Assembly: GCA_016934745.1 (NCBI GenBank)
Contig: JAFGSF010000053.1
Coordinates: 5,325-69,324, forward strand
DNA length: 64,000 nt
Origin: Candidatus Aminicenantes bacterium
GTDB taxonomy: Bacteria; Acidobacteriota; Aminicenantia; UBA2199
Direction of reading: 5' to 3'
The position numbers and the translations under genes are program-made. The notes under the pieces were generated by a model. It saw nothing but the letters and a program-made list of their open reading frames with translations. It ran no database searches and was not told the DNA's origin. Shown here in pieces: positions 46,484-56,216 of this stretch; within the stretch, counting starts at the first letter, position 1; the number at the start of each line of letters is the position of its first letter.

Positions 46484-47713
46484 ATGAGTGAAATTACTGA
46501 TAATTCCCGGGAAAGAAAGAAAAAACTCAAGGAATTGATTCTTAAGCTCCACGCCGGCGGAGGCGGGGAAGCAGTGCACCAGGAATTGCTGCAGAGCCTG
46601 TCCGCAATCCCCTATGGCGAGGTTGTCGAAGTCGAGCAGGAGCTGATCGGGGAGGGACTGCCCGAGGCCGAGGTGCTGAAGCTCTGCGATGTCCATGCGG
46701 CGGTGTTGCACGGCCATGTCGATATGAGTGGCCAGAAGGTTGTAGCTGAAGACCATCCGGTCGGCGTGTTGCGCCGGGAGAACTCCGAGTTGCGGAAGGT
46801 CACGGCCCGGGCGCGAAAGATCCTCAATCACATCGAAAAAAACAAGGGGGGATTGTCCGATGCCATACTCGAGCTGCGCGAAGTGTTTAACAGCTTGTTC
46901 GACGTCGACAAGCACTACCAGCGCAAGGAGTACTTGCTGTTCCCATACTTGGAAAAGCTCGGTATAACCGGCCCCCCTAAGGTCATGTGGGGCAAACACG
47001 ATGAGATCCGTGACCTGCTCAAGGGCAGCATCGAGGCGCTAAGAACCAAAAAAATCCAGCGGGATGAACTGCTGGCTGTGGTCGACATCCTGCTCAAGCC
47101 CGCACTGCAGGGCATCGACGACATGACGGTCAAGGAAGAGGAGATACTTCTACCCATGGCGCTGGACAAGCTGCATGAAGACGATTGGCATGAAATCGAG
47201 CGCCAGTCGCCGCAATTCGGATTCTGCCTTTATGACCCGCCGCTTCGGAGTCTGGATCCGGGAGCGATGGCTGCCGCCACGGCCGAGACTGCGCCAAAGG
47301 GTGAACGCATTGAACTGCCATCGGGAGGCTTCACTGCCGCTGAACTGTTGGCTATCCTGAACACCCTGCCCGTGGACATGACCTTTGTTGACCGCAACGA
47401 CAAGGTGAAGTACTTTTCCCAAGGGGCCGAACGCATCTTTCAGCGCAATCGTGCCATCCTCAACCGCGATGTGCGCCATTGCCATCCGCCGGCCAGCACC
47501 CACATCGTGGAGAAGATCATCGAGGACTTCAAGGGAGGCCGCGAGAACCGTGTCCCCTTTTGGATCCGGTTGGGCGGCAAGTTCATCCATATCGAGTATT
47601 TCGCCCTGCGTGACGAGAAAGGGGAGTACCTGGGCACCCTGGAGGTTTCGCATGACGTGGAACGCTATCGCCAGCTCGCGGGCGAACGGCGCATCCTGGC
47701 TTATGGAAAGTGA
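46484..47713 (+). CDS. DUF438 protein with hemerythrin-like and PAS domains
   Basis: 409 aa. The N-terminal DUF438-like region is followed by hemerythrin-type H/E-rich helices (HAAVLHGH, DKHYQRKEYLLFPYLEK, WGKHDEIR). The C-terminal PAS part reads MTFVDRNDKVKYFSQG ... RHCHPP ... YLGTLEVSHDV. Confidence 0.7.
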   Translation: MSEITDNSRERKKKLKELILKLHAGGGGEAVHQELLQSLSAIPYGEVVEVEQELIGEGLPEAEVLKLCDVHAAVLHGHVDMSGQKVVAEDHPVGVLRRENSELRKVTARARKILNHIEKNKGGLSDAILELREVFNSLFDVDKHYQRKEYLLFPYLEKLGITGPPKVMWGKHDEIRDLLKGSIEALRTKKIQRDELLAVVDILLKPALQGIDDMTVKEEEILLPMALDKLHEDDWHEIERQSPQFGFCLYDPPLRSLDPGAMAAATAETAPKGERIELPSGGFTAAELLAILNTLPVDMTFVDRNDKVKYFSQGAERIFQRNRAILNRDVRHCHPPASTHIVEKIIEDFKGGRENRVPFWIRLGGKFIHIEYFALRDEKGEYLGTLEVSHDVERYRQLAGERRILAYGK

Positions 47714-47716
47714 AAC

Positions 47717-48238
47717 ATGGTTGAAAAACTTGTCATCACTCCCAAGACCAAGGTGATGCAGCTGCTCGAAGCCTATCCCCAACTAGAGGAAATCCTGATC
47801 AGCTTTGTCCCGGCTTTCAAGAAACTGCAGAACCCGCTCCTGCGCCGGACCGTGGCCCGGGTTGCCACATTGCAGCAGGCGGCCGCGGTCGGCGGCATCA
47901 AGACCGAAGAGTTGATCAACCGATTGCGTCGCGACGTGGGGCAGGACCTGTACGGTGAAAATGCCGGTTCTGCCTATCGCACCGAAAAACCCGCTTGGTT
48001 TGCTGCCGACCGCATTGTCAAGGAACTCGACGCCCGTTCCATGCTGGCTGCGGGTGAGCAGCCGGTCAACCAGGTCATGGCTGAGTTCAGCGCCATGGCT
48101 CCCGGCACTATCTACAAGCTGAACGCTCCATTCCTTCCCGCGCCCCTGATCGACAAGGGTTCGAGCTTGGGGCTGGAGCACTGGCTTATCAAGAAGGGTG
48201 AAGAATTGTTCACGGTGTATTTTTACAAAAAAAACTGA
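47717..48238 (+). CDS. DUF1858-domain protein (with a DUF2249-like C-terminal part)
   Basis: 173 aa. VMQLLEAYPQLEEILISFVPAFKKLQNPLLRRTVARVATLQQAA is the DUF1858 pattern, and this family usually partners with DUF438 genes. Confidence 0.65.
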   Translation: MVEKLVITPKTKVMQLLEAYPQLEEILISFVPAFKKLQNPLLRRTVARVATLQQAAAVGGIKTEELINRLRRDVGQDLYGENAGSAYRTEKPAWFAADRIVKELDARSMLAAGEQPVNQVMAEFSAMAPGTIYKLNAPFLPAPLIDKGSSLGLEHWLIKKGEELFTVYFYKKN

Positions 48239-48303
48239 AAGTCCTTCCTGAACCGCCCGGTGCTCAAGTTGCCTTCAAATATAATCCATGTTATAAATAG
48301 CGC

Positions 48304-49218
48304 ATGGATCCTGACTGCAAAACCCTGCTCGTTTTAAATCCCCACGCTGGCAAAGGCAAGGGACTTAAGATTTTTAAGCAGGTTGGCGAACTTCTGGGCC
48401 AGAGTTTAAAAAATATGGAGACCCGGATTTCTGAATATGCCGGCCATGCGTTTCAGATCGGCCGCGAAGCGGCCAACCAGGGGTATGGAAGGATTTTGAC
48501 CGTGGGCGGCGACGGCACCCCGTTTGAAGTCATAAACGGGTTTTACGCCGACGGGAGGCCGCGCCAACCCTTGGAACTTGGCATGATCCCGGCCGGCACC
48601 GGTAATTCCTTTCTGCGGGACTTCGGCGAGCTTTCCTGGCGCCGGGCCGCGGAGAACGTATTAAGCGGCCGGAGCCGCCATGTCGACCTGGTGGAAATTT
48701 CCTATCAACGCGATGGCCGGCAAGTCCGGCAGTATTACTTGAATATTTTAGGGGTTGGGCTGATCGCGGACATTCTCAAGCTGACCAACGAGAAACTGAA
48801 ACGATTCGGTTCCATGGGCTACAGCCTGGCCGTGATGCTGCGCCTGGCCAAGGGCATGCGCAACCGCATGCAGATTTCCGTCGATGGTATCAACATGGAG
48901 ATCACCAACAGCGCCCTGGTCATATCCAATTCCAAGTATACTGGCGGCAGCATGAAGATCGCTCCTATGGCCCATACGGCTGACGGCCAGGTCGACATGG
49001 TCATTTTTCAGAGCGTTAACCGTCGCGATATTCTGAACATCTTTTCCAAGGTCTTCAAGGGCACGCACGTTGGTCATGACCGGGTAAAAACCTACCGTGC
49101 TTCCGAGATCGTCATCGACAGCTGTCCCCAGGAGCTATTGATGGCCGATGGCGAACTGCTGGGATTGACGCCGCTGTCATTGAAAGTCCTGCCCAAAGAA
49201 CTGGTTGTGCTGGCATGA
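48304..49218 (+). CDS. Diacylglycerol/lipid kinase family protein (DagK/YegS type)
   Basis: 304 aa with LVLNPHAGKGKG, the GGDGT motif (VGGDGTPFEVING) and IPAGTGNSF. Confidence 0.85.
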   Translation: MDPDCKTLLVLNPHAGKGKGLKIFKQVGELLGQSLKNMETRISEYAGHAFQIGREAANQGYGRILTVGGDGTPFEVINGFYADGRPRQPLELGMIPAGTGNSFLRDFGELSWRRAAENVLSGRSRHVDLVEISYQRDGRQVRQYYLNILGVGLIADILKLTNEKLKRFGSMGYSLAVMLRLAKGMRNRMQISVDGINMEITNSALVISNSKYTGGSMKIAPMAHTADGQVDMVIFQSVNRRDILNIFSKVFKGTHVGHDRVKTYRASEIVIDSCPQELLMADGELLGLTPLSLKVLPKELVVLA

Positions 49219-49934
49219 AGAAAGCCGCTGCCGTCGCCCTGTCCCTGCTGATCTGGAGCGTGGCCATTGTCTGGTTTTTTTTTGGCGCCCTGGGAGTTTT
49301 ACTGATTGGCATATTCCGGGCCGGAAGTTTTTTTGAAGCCTGGGTCAAGGGCCTTTGCCGTTCCATCGTCTGGATCTGCGGCATCCGTATCAAGGTCACG
49401 GGTCGTGAAAACTATCAGAGCGGCCGGCAATACATCCTGATGATGAACCATGTCAATTTTTTTGACGGTTTTGTTTTCTACAGCAGCTATCCGGGCAAGG
49501 CCCGTGGAATCGAAGATGAAAGCCATTTCGATTGGCCGGTTTACGGCTGGGTGATCCGGCGCATGGGCCAGATCCCCATCAGCCGTAAAAGCGGCATCAA
49601 GGCCATGGAATCGCTTCGGAGCGCTGCTGCCTTAATCCGCAGAGACAGCCAGATGTCGTGTGCCGTCTTTCCGGAAGGAACGCGTACGCGCAGCGGCTTG
49701 CTGGGTCCGTTTAAAAAGGGCGGTTTTCTGTTGGCGCTGGAAACCGGCTTGGACATTCTGCCCCTGATTCAACTGGGCGCCCAGCGTATCAACCGCAGCC
49801 ATAGCCGGCTGATCCGTCCCGGTCGGATCGATTTTGTCATCGAAAAACCCATCCCGCTGGCGGGATATACGAGGGAAAATATAACCCAGCTGATGGAAAA
49901 AGTCAGGGAAGTATTTTTAAAGTATGTGGAGTAG
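49215..49934 (+). CDS. plsC: 1-acyl-sn-glycerol-3-phosphate acyltransferase
   Basis: 239 aa with an N-terminal TM, the HxxxxD motif (NHVNFFD) and the FPEGTRTRSG motif. It overlaps the upstream kinase by 4 nt. Confidence 0.88.
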   Translation: MKKAAAVALSLLIWSVAIVWFFFGALGVLLIGIFRAGSFFEAWVKGLCRSIVWICGIRIKVTGRENYQSGRQYILMMNHVNFFDGFVFYSSYPGKARGIEDESHFDWPVYGWVIRRMGQIPISRKSGIKAMESLRSAAALIRRDSQMSCAVFPEGTRTRSGLLGPFKKGGFLLALETGLDILPLIQLGAQRINRSHSRLIRPGRIDFVIEKPIPLAGYTRENITQLMEKVREVFLKYVE

Positions 49935-49970
49935 CCCAGGCAATTCGTGACAAGCAATGCGTCTCCAGCG

Positions 49971-50014
49971 GGAAAAAACAAATTAGATCCGTCAGCATCG
50001 ACGGATAATTTGTT
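49971..50014 (-). terminator. Intrinsic terminator of the PTS operon
   Basis: AACAAATT(AG)ATCCGTC-agcatc-GACGGATAATTTGTT spans 49977-50014, and on the minus strand it is followed by TTTTTTCC (49971-49978). It is nested inside an outer 9-bp pair, ATTCGTGAC (49943-49951) / GTCACGAAT (50024-50032). Confidence 0.6.
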
Positions 50015-50048
50015 GTGTTTCGCGTCACGAATACCAAAGCTGCAATAT

Positions 50049-51806
50049 CTAGAACAAGCGCTGGCGGATCAAGAGATCCGGGTACAATTTCAGCAAGGAT
50101 TCGGTGAGGTATTCTTCAATTTCTGAACGCGAGCTGAATCGATCCAATTGGCTGACGATTTTCTTTAAATGGGAGTAATGAATTTGGGTGAAAACCCTTT
50201 TTATTTCGGCGATGGCCATGGCGTTCATGGAAAAATTTGTAAAACCAAGGCCCAGCAGCATCAGGGCCTGAAAACACTTGCCGGCCATTTCCCCGCAAAT
50301 GGTGACTTCTTTGCCGATCCGGGTCGCTTCCTGGCGTATCTCTTTCAGGATATGGATGACGGCCGGGTGGAACGGGCTGAAAAGGTACGACACTTCGCTG
50401 TTGTTGCGGTCAACGGCCAAAAGGTATTGAATCAGGTCATTGGTGCCGATTGAAAAAAAGTCAATGTCGTCCTTAAGATGCTTGATCAGGCGCACGGCGG
50501 CCGGAATTTCGAGCATGATGCCGACCGGAACATCTTTTTTGGGGTATGTCCCTTCGCTCAGTAGTTCTTCCCTGGTTTCGGCCATAATGGTCTTGATGGC
50601 ATGGATTTCTTCAATTTCGGTGATCATTGGAAACAAGATCTTGATATTGCCGCTGATGTTGGCCCTCTGAATGGCTTTAATTTGAATTTTAAACGGTTCT
50701 CTATGTTTTAAAAACATACGCACAGCCATTAATCCCAGTGACGGATTTTCTTCACGGTTCATCAGCGAGATGTCGGATTTGTCACGGCCAATGTCATAGG
50801 TGCGGATAACCAGCGGATGGGGGAAGATATTCTGGGCAATGCTTTTATAGATCAAATACTGTTCTTCTTCAGAAATACTCATCCTGGAATCCAGGTACAT
50901 GAATTCGGTGCGAAACAGCCCGATGCCCTTGGCTCCGTAAGCCTGGACCATTTCGCTTTCAAACGGCAGTTCAATGTTGGCATGGAGGTGAAACTGGTGA
51001 TGGTCGCGGGTCAATTCAGGCAGTTGGCTGAGTGTTTTTAGCTGTTCCCGGTATATTTGGTATTTTTCACTTTTTACCGAAATTTCAGCAATCACTGCCG
51101 GGGTTGGCTGCACGATCACTTCTCCACTGACACTGTCCAATGCCAATTGATCGCCATTGGCGACGGCTTCGGTGGCATTGACTGTGTCCATGATGGCGGG
51201 AATGCCCATGGTCCTGGCCAGGATGACCGTGTGCGATGTTTCCCCGCCTTTGTTTAAAACCAGGCCCAGCAGGTTATTGTGGCTCATCAACTTGGCGGCT
51301 TCGGAAGGGGTGATGTCGTCGGCAACCAGGATCACCTGGCCGGACTGTGACGCCAGTGAAAATTTCCCCCCTTTTTTCAAATTATCGACCAGGCGGCTCA
51401 ATACATCGGAAATGTCGTTGCTCTTGGTTTTGAAAGAAAGGTCTGGAATGGAATTAAAGATTTGCAAGTACTTTTTTTCAGTTTCCTTGATAGCCCATTC
51501 GGCATTGATTAGATTGCTTTTAATTTTTGTTTTAATTTCATCAAGAAGGTGACTGTCTTTAAGCAACATATACTGGGTTTCGATGATCAATGCCGAGTCC
51601 CGGCCCATGACTTTCTGCAGGTCCCGATTGATTTTTTTTAGCTGCGCCTGGGTTTTTTTGACCGCATTATCCAATCGCCAGATTTCTTTTTCAATGGCCT
51701 TTTCGTTTATTTTTTCAGAGCGGATAACATCTTGAGTGGAATTGTAGAGCATAGCTTTGCCCATGACAATTCCGGGCGAGACGGCTTTGCCCTTGATGCG
51801 GATCAT
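50049..51806 (-). CDS. ptsI: Phosphoenolpyruvate-protein phosphotransferase (PTS enzyme I)
   Basis: 585 aa with the active-site His region GGETSHTVILARTMGIPA and a C-terminal PEP-utilising domain (GIGLFRTEF, SIGTNDL). Confidence 0.93.
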   Translation of the reverse strand: MIRIKGKAVSPGIVMGKAMLYNSTQDVIRSEKINEKAIEKEIWRLDNAVKKTQAQLKKINRDLQKVMGRDSALIIETQYMLLKDSHLLDEIKTKIKSNLINAEWAIKETEKKYLQIFNSIPDLSFKTKSNDISDVLSRLVDNLKKGGKFSLASQSGQVILVADDITPSEAAKLMSHNNLLGLVLNKGGETSHTVILARTMGIPAIMDTVNATEAVANGDQLALDSVSGEVIVQPTPAVIAEISVKSEKYQIYREQLKTLSQLPELTRDHHQFHLHANIELPFESEMVQAYGAKGIGLFRTEFMYLDSRMSISEEEQYLIYKSIAQNIFPHPLVIRTYDIGRDKSDISLMNREENPSLGLMAVRMFLKHREPFKIQIKAIQRANISGNIKILFPMITEIEEIHAIKTIMAETREELLSEGTYPKKDVPVGIMLEIPAAVRLIKHLKDDIDFFSIGTNDLIQYLLAVDRNNSEVSYLFSPFHPAVIHILKEIRQEATRIGKEVTICGEMAGKCFQALMLLGLGFTNFSMNAMAIAEIKRVFTQIHYSHLKKIVSQLDRFSSRSEIEEYLTESLLKLYPDLLIRQRLF

Positions 51807-52076
51807 CTAACTTTCTTCGTCGAACTTGCGATTGAAAAGATCACTGATGGCTGTGATGGCTTCCTGCTCATCATCGCCGCTGGCCTGGAGTATGATTTCG
51901 TTGCCCACCGAGGCGGCCAGGGTCAGGATGCCGAGCAGACTTTTTGCATTGACCTTGTCTTCATTATAAATAAGAAAAATATTGGCATTGAACATATTGG
52001 CCAGATGAGACAATTTGGCGGCAGCCCGGGCATGTAATCCCAATTTGTTAATGATTATTTGAGTTTTTTCAATCAT
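51807..52076 (-). CDS. ptsH: Phosphocarrier protein HPr
   Basis: 89 aa. His15 lies in GLHARAA and Ser46 lies in NAKSLLGIL, so both phosphorylation sites are present. Confidence 0.92.
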   Translation of the reverse strand: MIEKTQIIINKLGLHARAAAKLSHLANMFNANIFLIYNEDKVNAKSLLGILTLAASVGNEIILQASGDDEQEAITAISDLFNRKFDEES

Positions 52077-52473
52077 TTTTTTCTCCTAAGTACTCGCTGA
52101 TGATATTGATGCCTTCGATGGCTCCCCGTTCAACGGTCTTGATCGTTTCCATAAATTTCTCAGTCTTTCCTTCACAACAAAAAAATTTGAGCATGCCCGG
52201 GAGATTGATTCCCGTCAGTACTTCCACGTTCTTGTTGATAAAGCGGGTCGCAATATTTGATGGCGAACCTCCAAACATATCGGTGAAAATTACAATCTTG
52301 TGCCCTTTATTGGCGGCGATGAATTTCTCTAGTTGAGCAATCATGTCGCTGCCGTCACCTTGCCAGTCAAAAGCAATGGCCTTGATATCCAGCTTCTGTT
52401 CCAATATTTTTTCAGCGACTTGGATCAATTCATGGCCCAGATTGCCATGGGTGATGATTAAACTTTTGATCAT
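52069..52473 (-). CDS. PTS EIIA component, mannose/fructose family
   Basis: 134 aa. The N-terminal IKSLIITHGNLGHEL carries the phosphorylatable His typical of EIIA-Man. No EIIB, EIIC or EIID is nearby. Confidence 0.8.
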   Translation of the reverse strand: MIKSLIITHGNLGHELIQVAEKILEQKLDIKAIAFDWQGDGSDMIAQLEKFIAANKGHKIVIFTDMFGGSPSNIATRFINKNVEVLTGINLPGMLKFFCCEGKTEKFMETIKTVERGAIEGINIISEYLGEKND

Positions 52474-52479
52474 TTTTGG

Positions 52480-53433
52480 TTACCTCGAACCATGCGAAAG
52501 GTCAATATTTTCGTCCGGGTTTTCTTTTTTTTTCTCAAGATATGTTTTTATTCCGCTTTTCTTAGCCAGGAAATTGCGTACTGCGACTTCGATGATGGTG
52601 CACAGATTTCGTCCCGGCGCCACAGGGAGCGTAATCAGCGGAATATCCATGCCCAATATTTTGAAATAGAAGTTATCTTCCCCCAGGCGGTCGTATTTTT
52701 TCTTAGCCTCCCATTTTTCCAGATTGATCACCAAATTCAACTTTTTTTCTTCAAGAACGGCCGAAGCACCGAATATGTCATAAATGTTGATAATGCCCAG
52801 ACCTCGTACTTCCATTAAGTTCTTAATGATCGGATTGGAACGTCCCACCAGGTCGTCGTTGAAATCAATGTAAAATTCCGTGATGTCGTCGGCAATCAGT
52901 TGATAGCCCTTGTTGACCAATTCCAGGGCGGTTTCGCTCTTGCCTATACCAGAAACTCCAGTGAGCATCACGCCCTGGCCCATGATGTCCATCAAGACTC
53001 CGTTCAATTTTATTTTTTTCGAAAAATATTGGTAGAGAAAAGCATTGAGGCGGGAAATCAATGGAGCGGTATGCAATTCTGAAACCAGGATCGGCGTATG
53101 AGAATGGGCGGCCATGGCGATCCACTCTGGCTCGATGGGAATGTTCTCCGATATGATGATTCCGGGCAGTTTCAATGACAGGTAATTTTTAAGGCATTTG
53201 ATTTTATCAACTTCCTTTAAATTGAGCAGGTAGCCAATTTCTGTTTTCCCGAATATCTGGATGCGTCCGGTTTGGATGTGCTTCAGATACCCGGTCAAGC
53301 CCAAGCCGGGACGCTGGGGCCGTGGATGGCTGACGGTATTGCTCAGCCATTTTTCATTATGAATTTTCAGGATTTTGAGAGGGTTTAATTCCAGGATTTG
53401 CCTTATTTGGATTCCCTTGATTTCGATGGCCAT
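52480..53433 (-). CDS. hprK: HPr kinase/phosphorylase
   Basis: 317 aa, full length with the N-terminal domain. It has the P-loop GVSGIGKSETALEL and LIADD ... MEVRGLGIINI. Confidence 0.93.
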   Translation of the reverse strand: MAIEIKGIQIRQILELNPLKILKIHNEKWLSNTVSHPRPQRPGLGLTGYLKHIQTGRIQIFGKTEIGYLLNLKEVDKIKCLKNYLSLKLPGIIISENIPIEPEWIAMAAHSHTPILVSELHTAPLISRLNAFLYQYFSKKIKLNGVLMDIMGQGVMLTGVSGIGKSETALELVNKGYQLIADDITEFYIDFNDDLVGRSNPIIKNLMEVRGLGIINIYDIFGASAVLEEKKLNLVINLEKWEAKKKYDRLGEDNFYFKILGMDIPLITLPVAPGRNLCTIIEVAVRNFLAKKSGIKTYLEKKKENPDENIDLSHGSR

Positions 53434-53448
53434 TACGAATCAGTCTGA

Positions 53449-54021
53449 TTAAAGGTTAGGCTCGATCAATGATATGCTTCCGTTTTCGCCAAAAAAGACG
53501 GTGGCCAGGCGATTGGTTTCAGCATTGACGAACATGTAGCCATTTTCTCCACTTTCCCTGAGAAAAAAAACGGCCTCTTCGACCGAAATCGGTTTAACCG
53601 AATAATTTTCGGAGATAAGAATTTTACTGGATTTAGCCAATTCCAAGGTTTTGTTCCCTTCGGAGGCTTCGTTCTTTTCCCAGGTCATAAATCCCAGGGT
53701 GCGTTTAAAGAAGCCTTTGTCGCTGGCTCTTTTCTTTTCTTCCTTGAGTTTTTCCTTGTTTTTCTTGGCTTGGCTTTTCAGCGTGGTCAGTGTGTTGCGT
53801 ACGGCCTGTTTCAATAATTTATTGCGGTCTTCGGCATAAAATGAATTCAGGCGTGTTTTTAAAGTCATTTCCACTTTAAATGAGAGTTTTTCCTCATGGA
53901 TGATTACCTCGGCATCAATGATGGCTCCGGCGATTTTTTCGATATCATGCAAGTGTTTTTCAATGTATGCCTTCAAGGCTCCCGGGATTTTGATATTTTT
54001 GGTTGAAAAGTTGATGCTCAT
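53449..54021 (-). CDS. hpf: Ribosome hibernation promoting factor, long form
   Basis: 190 aa. An N-terminal S30AE/YfiA-like domain and a C-terminal dimerisation domain (KPISVEEAV ... FVNAETN) are present. Its start overlaps the rpoN stop by 4 nt. Confidence 0.88.
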   Translation of the reverse strand: MSINFSTKNIKIPGALKAYIEKHLHDIEKIAGAIIDAEVIIHEEKLSFKVEMTLKTRLNSFYAEDRNKLLKQAVRNTLTTLKSQAKKNKEKLKEEKKRASDKGFFKRTLGFMTWEKNEASEGNKTLELAKSSKILISENYSVKPISVEEAVFFLRESGENGYMFVNAETNRLATVFFGENGSISLIEPNL

Positions 54022-55415
54022 TTTTCACTCCTTTTTATTTTATTTTCTTTTTTCCTGACGAATGAACTGGGAATTTTCAGTTCTTCCCGGTAATTACGAG
54101 CCGTACGCCTGGCTATACGAATGCCGAGTCCGGCCAGTTTGGCGGCGATTTCATCATCGGCCAGAGGCTTTTCCGGTGGCTCGGCTTTGATTAATTCCTG
54201 GATCTTGTCCTTGATGGTGCTGACGGAATGCGAAAAACCAAAATCGCCTTTAAGTCCATAACTGAAGAAGACTTTCAATGGAATTAATCCTTTTTCCGAA
54301 TTCATGAACTTGTTGCTGACGGCTCGCGAAATGGTGGATTCATTGAGATTGATTTCCCTGGCGACATCTTTCATCGTTAAAGGTTTCTTCCATTTTTCAC
54401 CGAAATTGAGAAAATCTTTCTGAGCTTTGACCAAGAATTCGGCTATACGCAGGATGGTCTTCTTGCGCAATTCGATGCTTTCAATAAAAAACTGCGCGTC
54501 GCGGTGGCGGTTTTTCAGGTAAGAAACTGTTTTTTTATCTTTGGCTTTATCCAGCATCTCTTGATAATATCGTGATAATGTAAGCCTTGGGATACCCTCT
54601 TCCAGGTAAACGACCCGGTACTCATTGTTTTCTTTAATAAGCATTAAGTCAACTTGGGCGTACTCTATCTCTTCGAGGCTAAAGGTATCGGCCGGTCTGG
54701 GATTGAGCCGTTTCAGGCTGGTGATCAATGGCAACAGTTCCTCCATGCTGATTCCCATTTGGTGGCTGATGCTGTCGTAATTGGAGCGCGAAATGTCTTG
54801 CAAGTGATTTTGAATCAGCCGGCGCAGGTTTTCGGTTGCTTCGTTTTCGTTGACTTGAGCCAACAGGCACTCCTGAAGCGATTTACTGGCACATCCAGGT
54901 GGATCGAATCGGGTGATTAGCAGGCGCAGGCGTTCGATTTCATCGGGAGTGGTCTGCAGCAGGGAGGCAATGGATTCGATTTCAATCTTTAAATAGCCGT
55001 CCCGATCCAGGTTGTAAATGATCTGGCGACTGATTTCAAGCTCGGATTCACTGCTGAAAGTGGCCATGGCCTGCTCAAGCAAATGATCGGCCAAGCTGAT
55101 GGTTGAAGGGGTCATGGCTTCCAATGCCTTGTTTTTATCGATATCGTCCGGATTTTTCCTCAGAAAGCCTTGTTCCTCATAGGGATTCATGAATGAAGCA
55201 TCGGCCCTTTCCATTCGCTCCTGGTAATCGTTTGGTTCGGGTTCCGTGGCGACTTTTTCAGTCATCTCGATTTCAAGCATGGGATTGGCTTCCACTTCGT
55301 TCTGCAGTGTTTCGACCAATTCCATGTGGTTGTTCGTTAGCAGCTGAATAAAATAATGCATCACCGGAGTAATGGTCAGCTGCTGTGAGCCCTTGAGTTG
55401 TAGTTTAATGGCCAT
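54018..55415 (-). CDS. rpoN: RNA polymerase sigma-54 factor
   Basis: 465 aa. It has an N-terminal Q/L-rich region I (LQLKGSQQLTITPVM), a core-binding domain, an HTH, and the RpoN box ARRTARNYRE. Confidence 0.95.
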   Translation of the reverse strand: MAIKLQLKGSQQLTITPVMHYFIQLLTNNHMELVETLQNEVEANPMLEIEMTEKVATEPEPNDYQERMERADASFMNPYEEQGFLRKNPDDIDKNKALEAMTPSTISLADHLLEQAMATFSSESELEISRQIIYNLDRDGYLKIEIESIASLLQTTPDEIERLRLLITRFDPPGCASKSLQECLLAQVNENEATENLRRLIQNHLQDISRSNYDSISHQMGISMEELLPLITSLKRLNPRPADTFSLEEIEYAQVDLMLIKENNEYRVVYLEEGIPRLTLSRYYQEMLDKAKDKKTVSYLKNRHRDAQFFIESIELRKKTILRIAEFLVKAQKDFLNFGEKWKKPLTMKDVAREINLNESTISRAVSNKFMNSEKGLIPLKVFFSYGLKGDFGFSHSVSTIKDKIQELIKAEPPEKPLADDEIAAKLAGLGIRIARRTARNYREELKIPSSFVRKKENKIKRSEK

Positions 55416-56132
55416 TTAATTCCACCTGAATTCCTCTCCCAGGTATTCTTTCTTGACCCGCTTGTCGGCGATCAATTGCTCCGATTGGCCTTCAAAAATT
55501 ACTTGGCCGCAGTGAATGATATACGAACGGTCGGTGATTTTCAATATCTCGCGGACGTTGTGATCCGTGATGATAATGCCCATGCCTCGGTTCTTGAATG
55601 TTTTGATCAATTCTTGCAGCTCAAAGATTTGCATCGGATCGATGCCGGCAAACGGCTCATCGAGTAGAAGAAAATCTGGGGTCAGGATGAGGGAGCGTGC
55701 AATTTCCAGGCGCCGCCGCTCTCCGCCGGAAAGCATATAGGCTTTGCGGTCATGAATAGGGGCCAGGCCAAGATCGTTTAAAATTTCATCTATAGCTCGT
55801 GGCTGCAGGTGATGGGTCATTTGCGCGATGGCCTGGATATTTTCCCTGACGGTCAGGCCCCTGAGAATCGAAGGCTCTTGGGGTAAAAAACTGATACCCA
55901 GACGGGCGCGGTTGTAAACAGGGATTTGGGTGATATCGCGGTCGTTGAGGCGAATTTCACCGCTGTCTGGGCGATGGACGCCCAGGATCATCAGGAAGGT
56001 AGTTGTTTTCCCGGCGCCATTGGGTCCCAGCAGGCCGATGATTTCTCCTGGTTGCACTTCCATGGTGACGCCGTCGACAACCATCCTTTCACGAAATGAT
56101 TTTCTTATATGATTTACTGTCAATTTTTTCAT
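55416..56132 (-). CDS. lptB: LPS export ABC transporter ATP-binding protein
   Basis: 238 aa with GPNGAGKTT, LSGGERRRLEIAR and LLLDEPFAGIDP. Its position directly upstream of rpoN is the classical lptB context. Confidence 0.9.
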   Translation of the reverse strand: MKKLTVNHIRKSFRERMVVDGVTMEVQPGEIIGLLGPNGAGKTTTFLMILGVHRPDSGEIRLNDRDITQIPVYNRARLGISFLPQEPSILRGLTVRENIQAIAQMTHHLQPRAIDEILNDLGLAPIHDRKAYMLSGGERRRLEIARSLILTPDFLLLDEPFAGIDPMQIFELQELIKTFKNRGMGIIITDHNVREILKITDRSYIIHCGQVIFEGQSEQLIADKRVKKEYLGEEFRWN

Positions 56133-56159
56133 TATTTTTTTGGTTGAATACCCGGATTT

Positions 56160-56188
56160 ATTTTATCATGTCAATGGCAGGGTGTCAA
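56160..56188 (-). promoter_or_regulatory. Sigma-70-like promoter TTGACA-N17-TAAAAT for lptB-rpoN
   Basis: On the minus strand TTGACA lies at 56188-56183 and TAAAAT at 56165-56160, about 28 nt upstream of the lptB ATG. Confidence 0.45.
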
Positions 56189-56216
56189 AAAAAGCAGTCA
56201 ATGGGAAAAGGCAAGC

